From Alphaproteobacteria bacterium (lineage in GTDB: Bacteria; Pseudomonadota; Alphaproteobacteria; JACZXZ01), in contig DATJLQ010000233.1 in NCBI GenBank assembly GCA_035509415.1, positions 10,943 through 74,942 of the forward strand: a stretch of 64,000 bases of DNA, in the 5' to 3' direction. A model generated the notes under the pieces. That model was not told where the DNA came from, did no database searches, and saw only the letters and a program-made list of their open reading frames with translations. The position numbers and the translations under genes are program-made. Of the stretch, positions 61,024 to 64,000 are shown piece by piece. Each line of letters begins with the position of its first letter. Position 1 is the stretch's first letter.

Positions 61024-61520
61024 GGCGCGGCCTTCGGGCTCGGCGCCGCGCGGCGCCGCGCGGCCGTACGCAGCACCGCGTCGACGATGCCGTTATAGCC
61101 GGTGCAGCGGCAGATATTGCCCGACATTTCGTAGCGCACCAGGCTCTCGGCGGCCGCGTCCTCCGCGGGCAGGCCGGCGCGTAGGAGGGCCGCCGCGCGC
61201 ACGATCTGGCCCGAGGTGCAGTAGCCGCATTGGAAGCCGCCCAGGTCGGCGAAGGCCTCGCGCAAATCGGCGCATTCCGATGCGAGTCCCTCGACCGTGG
61301 TCACCGCACCCCGCGTGCGTTGGGCGAGCGAGAGGCAGGCGAGCACGGGCGTGCCGTCGACCAGCACGGTGCACGCACCGCATTCGCCGCGCCCGCATGC
61401 CCCCTTGGCTCCCGTGAGGCCGAGCGGCCCGCGCAGGACCTCGAGCAACGTGGCCCCCGGCGCCGCCTCGAGCTCGCGCAGGGCGCCGTTGACGGTCAAG
61501 GCGATCTTCCGCTCTGGCAT
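61020..61520 (-). CDS. (2Fe-2S)-binding small subunit of the XDH-family enzyme
   Basis: 166 aa, starting at the ATG at 61520. It has CGRGECGACTV plus CGYCTSGQ...CRCTGY. Its stop overlaps the large-subunit ATG (ATGA). Confidence 0.92.
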   Translation of the reverse strand: MPERKIALTVNGALRELEAAPGATLLEVLRGPLGLTGAKGACGRGECGACTVLVDGTPVLACLSLAQRTRGAVTTVEGLASECADLREAFADLGGFQCGYCTSGQIVRAAALLRAGLPAEDAAAESLVRYEMSGNICRCTGYNGIVDAVLRTAARRRAAPSPKAAP

Positions 61521-61691
61521 GGGTCCTCGCTCATCCTCCCTTTGGTCCGGCGCGGCTCTTGAGCGGCCGCACGACCCGGCGCGGCGCTGCCGCCTCGCGC
61601 GGGCCACGCACGCTTTTCTCGATTGCCGCTGATCCGGACGAATTCCCGATGGACTAAGGACGGGACGCGCCGCGCGCGGCTTTTCCCGCCC

Positions 61692-63011
61692 TCACTCGGC
61701 CGCGTGGCGCGTCGAGCCGCCGACCGAGGCGAGCGCCTGGTCGTAGGCCTTGAGCCACGGGGTCCCGGCAGGCGACAGCACGTCGCCGCCGCGCGCACCG
61801 CGGCACAGCGACGGATCGTCGAGCACCGCCGGAAGCTTGCCCGTTTCCCGATAATCGCGCAGCGCCTTGAGCATGACGCGGCGGGTCAGCACCACCATGA
61901 GGTCGCTCGGCGCGAGCGTCTCGATCGTGCGGTCGACGATCCGGCCCATGTTCTCCTGCACCGCCTGGTCCTGAAGCGGGATGCCGACGATGCCGCTGAA
62001 GCTCGCGCGGCTCTTCTGCTGCTCGCGGTCGAGTCCGTGGTCGTTGCCCTGGTTCAGGACCGGGCGCCAGCGTCCCATCCAGTCGCTCGTGCGCGGGAGA
62101 TACTGGAGCGGGCGCGCGAGGCCGGGAATGGCGGTGCCGTCGGCGTAGCGCAGCGACTTGAAGCGGCCGCTCGCGCGCTGGAGATCGATGTTGAAGATCA
62201 TCGTGTTCTCGTCGTCGATCGGGACCCAGGCGTTGGCCGACCGGTTGCGCTCGAGACGATCGCTCGGATAAAGCACCCAGAACGGGAAGATGAAGCTCGC
62301 GAAGCGGTTATGGTCGAAGCCCGGCATCGCGGGCCGCGACGCGCAATACATGGTGCCGTAGGGCCGCTCGGCGGCGTAGATCTCGGGCGCCTTGTTGAGG
62401 ACCGTGTAGGTCGCGGCGTCCGCGGGATCCATCTTCGATGGGTCGACGCAGCCCGCATGGAGGAAGCCGAGGTGGGACGTATCCACGTCGCCTTCGAGCG
62501 CCTGGAGCCAATTGCAGTCGCGCTGGGTGAGCGCGATGTTGCGGTCGTCGGGCTCGGCCTGGATCGCCTCGATCTCGGGCAATTCCGGCGCCGTCGCGCG
62601 CGCCCCCATATAGACGAACACCAGGCCGCCGCGCTCGACGGTCTTGTACGCGGTCGCCTTGACCTTGTCGGCGAAGCGCCGCTTCTCGGGCACGTTCGGC
62701 TGGTCGAGGCAGTTGCCGTCGACGTCGAACTTCCAGCCGTGATAGACGCAGCGGATGCCGTTTTCCTCGTTGCGCCCCATGAAGAGCGACGCGCAGCGGT
62801 GCGGGCAGCGATGGTCGAAGATGCCGACGCGACCCGCGCTGTCGCGGAACGCGATGAGCTTCTCGCCGAGCAGCATGAGGCGCATGGGCGGCGCGTCGGG
62901 TGCCAATTCCGAAGAGAGGCACGCGGGCACCCAGAATTGGCGCATGAAATCGCCCATCGGCGTTCCGCGTCCGACGCGGGTGAGCGTCTCGTTCTCGGCT
63001 GCGGTCGTCAT
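61692..63011 (-). CDS. Rieske non-heme iron oxygenase, alpha-only (phthalate-dioxygenase / VanA-like class)
   Basis: 439 aa. Rieske motif CPHRCASL-x..-CVYHGWKF. The N-terminus FMRQFWVPACLSSEL is typical of the phthalate family. Confidence 0.9.
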   Translation of the reverse strand: MTTAAENETLTRVGRGTPMGDFMRQFWVPACLSSELAPDAPPMRLMLLGEKLIAFRDSAGRVGIFDHRCPHRCASLFMGRNEENGIRCVYHGWKFDVDGNCLDQPNVPEKRRFADKVKATAYKTVERGGLVFVYMGARATAPELPEIEAIQAEPDDRNIALTQRDCNWLQALEGDVDTSHLGFLHAGCVDPSKMDPADAATYTVLNKAPEIYAAERPYGTMYCASRPAMPGFDHNRFASFIFPFWVLYPSDRLERNRSANAWVPIDDENTMIFNIDLQRASGRFKSLRYADGTAIPGLARPLQYLPRTSDWMGRWRPVLNQGNDHGLDREQQKSRASFSGIVGIPLQDQAVQENMGRIVDRTIETLAPSDLMVVLTRRVMLKALRDYRETGKLPAVLDDPSLCRGARGGDVLSPAGTPWLKAYDQALASVGGSTRHAAE

Positions 63012-63047
63012 CTCATCCTCCGCGATGAAGCGTGTTCGGCGGCGCCG

Positions 63048-64000
63048 TCATTCGACGATGATCCCGGCCTTGGCCATGTTGCTGAGCGAGGCGGCGAGCG
63101 CCGGCTTCGCCGCGTCGGGAGTCGACATGGGGGATTCGAGGAAACTGTTCGGCGGGTAGAAGGACGCCGCGTTGAAGAACGGCCGGTACATCTCCCAGCG
63201 CGCGCGCAGCAGCGGGTTCGCCGTGCCGGTGTCCTTCTTGCGCGCGGCGCGTAGGGCCTCGATGTCGATCGTGGCCGAGACCCCGAGCGTCTCCTCGGCA
63301 CCGTCCTCGTAAGCGAGCGTGCGGCCGAGATAATCGAGGATCTGCGAGCGGCCGCCCGGGACCGAGCCGTCGAGCGAGAAGCCGATGCCGCCGGCGACGT
63401 TGGCGCTCACGATGAAGACCATGTTCTCCGCCGCGCGCACCATCTTGGCCGCTTCCTGCGCCGGGCGGCGCGCCGAATTGGTCGGATGCAGGATGACCTC
63501 CGCCCCCTGCATCATGAGGACGCGCGCGACCTCGGGCACGTTGATCTCGCCGCACGGGATCATCGCGAGCCGGCCGAGCTCGGTGTCGACCACCGGGAAC
63601 AGGTTCGCGAAGCCGTAGCGCTCGACATAGGCGTCCATGAGATCGTGGGGCGAGGGGAAGGCGGCCGTGTTGATGCGCCGGTAGCGCAGGATCACCTCGC
63701 CGCTCGGGGCGATCAGGAACGAGGTGTTGAAGTAGCGCCCGGGCCAATCGGGGTCGGTGTCGAACTGGTGCGCGCCGATGTAAATGCCGCGCGCGCGCGC
63801 GAGTGTCTGGAAGCGCTCGGTGATCGGGCCCGGGATCGGGCAGCAAGCGCGCTCGATCCAGTCCGCGGCGGGCATGCCGTGGGGCGGGCCCTGGAACGCG
63901 AATTCCGGCAGCACCACGAGATCGGGCGGCGTCTCGCTCGAGAGCGCCCGCTCGATGAGCGCGATCGCGTGCGAGATGTTCGCGTCGATGATCGACCAGG
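63048..64000 (-). CDS. carbon-nitrogen hydrolase (nitrilase superfamily), 5' end outside the window
   Basis: The frame stays open to the window edge (...WSIIDANISHAIALIERALSSETPPDLVVLPEF). It has the catalytic-Glu motif VLPE and the Cys region MIPCGEI. The track's M at 63917 is an internal GTG. Confidence 0.85.
   Translation of the reverse strand, partial: WSIIDANISHAIALIERALSSETPPDLVVLPEFAFQGPPHGMPAADWIERACCPIPGPITERFQTLARARGIYIGAHQFDTDPDWPGRYFNTSFLIAPSGEVILRYRRINTAAFPSPHDLMDAYVERYGFANLFPVVDTELGRLAMIPCGEINVPEVARVLMMQGAEVILHPTNSARRPAQEAAKMVRAAENMVFIVSANVAGGIGFSLDGSVPGGRSQILDYLGRTLAYEDGAEETLGVSATIDIEALRAARKKDTGTANPLLRARWEMYRPFFNAASFYPPNSFLESPMSTPDAAKPALAASLSNMAKAGIIVE

Overview
This is a visibly GC-rich stretch of chromosome (my estimate is high-60s % GC; not computed). 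Gene content looks alphaproteobacterial: Cpa-type Tad pilus genes and an alpha-type gltBD. Nearly everything is protein-coding. The many long antisense or overlapping ORFs in the track are the usual high-GC artefacts.

Gene order:
1. 18-1574: acyl-CoA ligase, divergent from glutamate synthase gltB-gltD (2039-8205).
2. 8265-9940: a stand-alone ParB/Srx-fold mini-protein, a beta-hydroxyacid dehydrogenase and a CMD-family protein.
3. 9956-19718: a catabolic/transport block. It holds an MBL hydrolase, a DHDPS-like lyase, a Liv-type ABC importer with two binding proteins, and FAH and VOC enzymes.
4. 19869-26909: a second block with a Rieske ferredoxin, a NitT/TauT-type importer, an FAD oxidoreductase, a class III CoA-transferase, a crotonase and a 7Fe ferredoxin.
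5. 26963-30734: two LysR regulators, a YafJ-type amidotransferase and yeiH.
6. 30983-43533: a complete Tad/Cpa (Flp, type IVc) pilus locus with an orphan winged-helix regulator beside the pilin gene.
7. 44337-64000: a dense amide/N-heterocycle catabolic supercluster. It holds an amidase with a small coupled partner ORF, a Rieske alpha/beta oxygenase, an RraA-like aldolase, a hydantoinase, a hydantoin racemase, a GntR regulator, a xanthine-dehydrogenase-family hydroxylase, a second Rieske oxygenase and a C-N hydrolase that runs off the window.

I found no rRNA, tRNA, CRISPR array, transposase or integrase.

The most unusual item is the XDH-family enzyme. Its Moco and FAD subunits are fused in one 1120-aa polypeptide, and the FAD part carries a four-Cys insertion reminiscent of 4-hydroxybenzoyl-CoA reductase. 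It sits next to reductase-less Rieske oxygenases.

Other points worth a look:
- a GatC/AtzG-like micro-ORF with an in-frame 18-bp triplication
- CtrA-box-like motifs at the two Tad promoter regions
- an internal duplication in CpaF
- three short tandem-repeat arrays

All functional calls come from motif and family recognition by eye. No database search was run.
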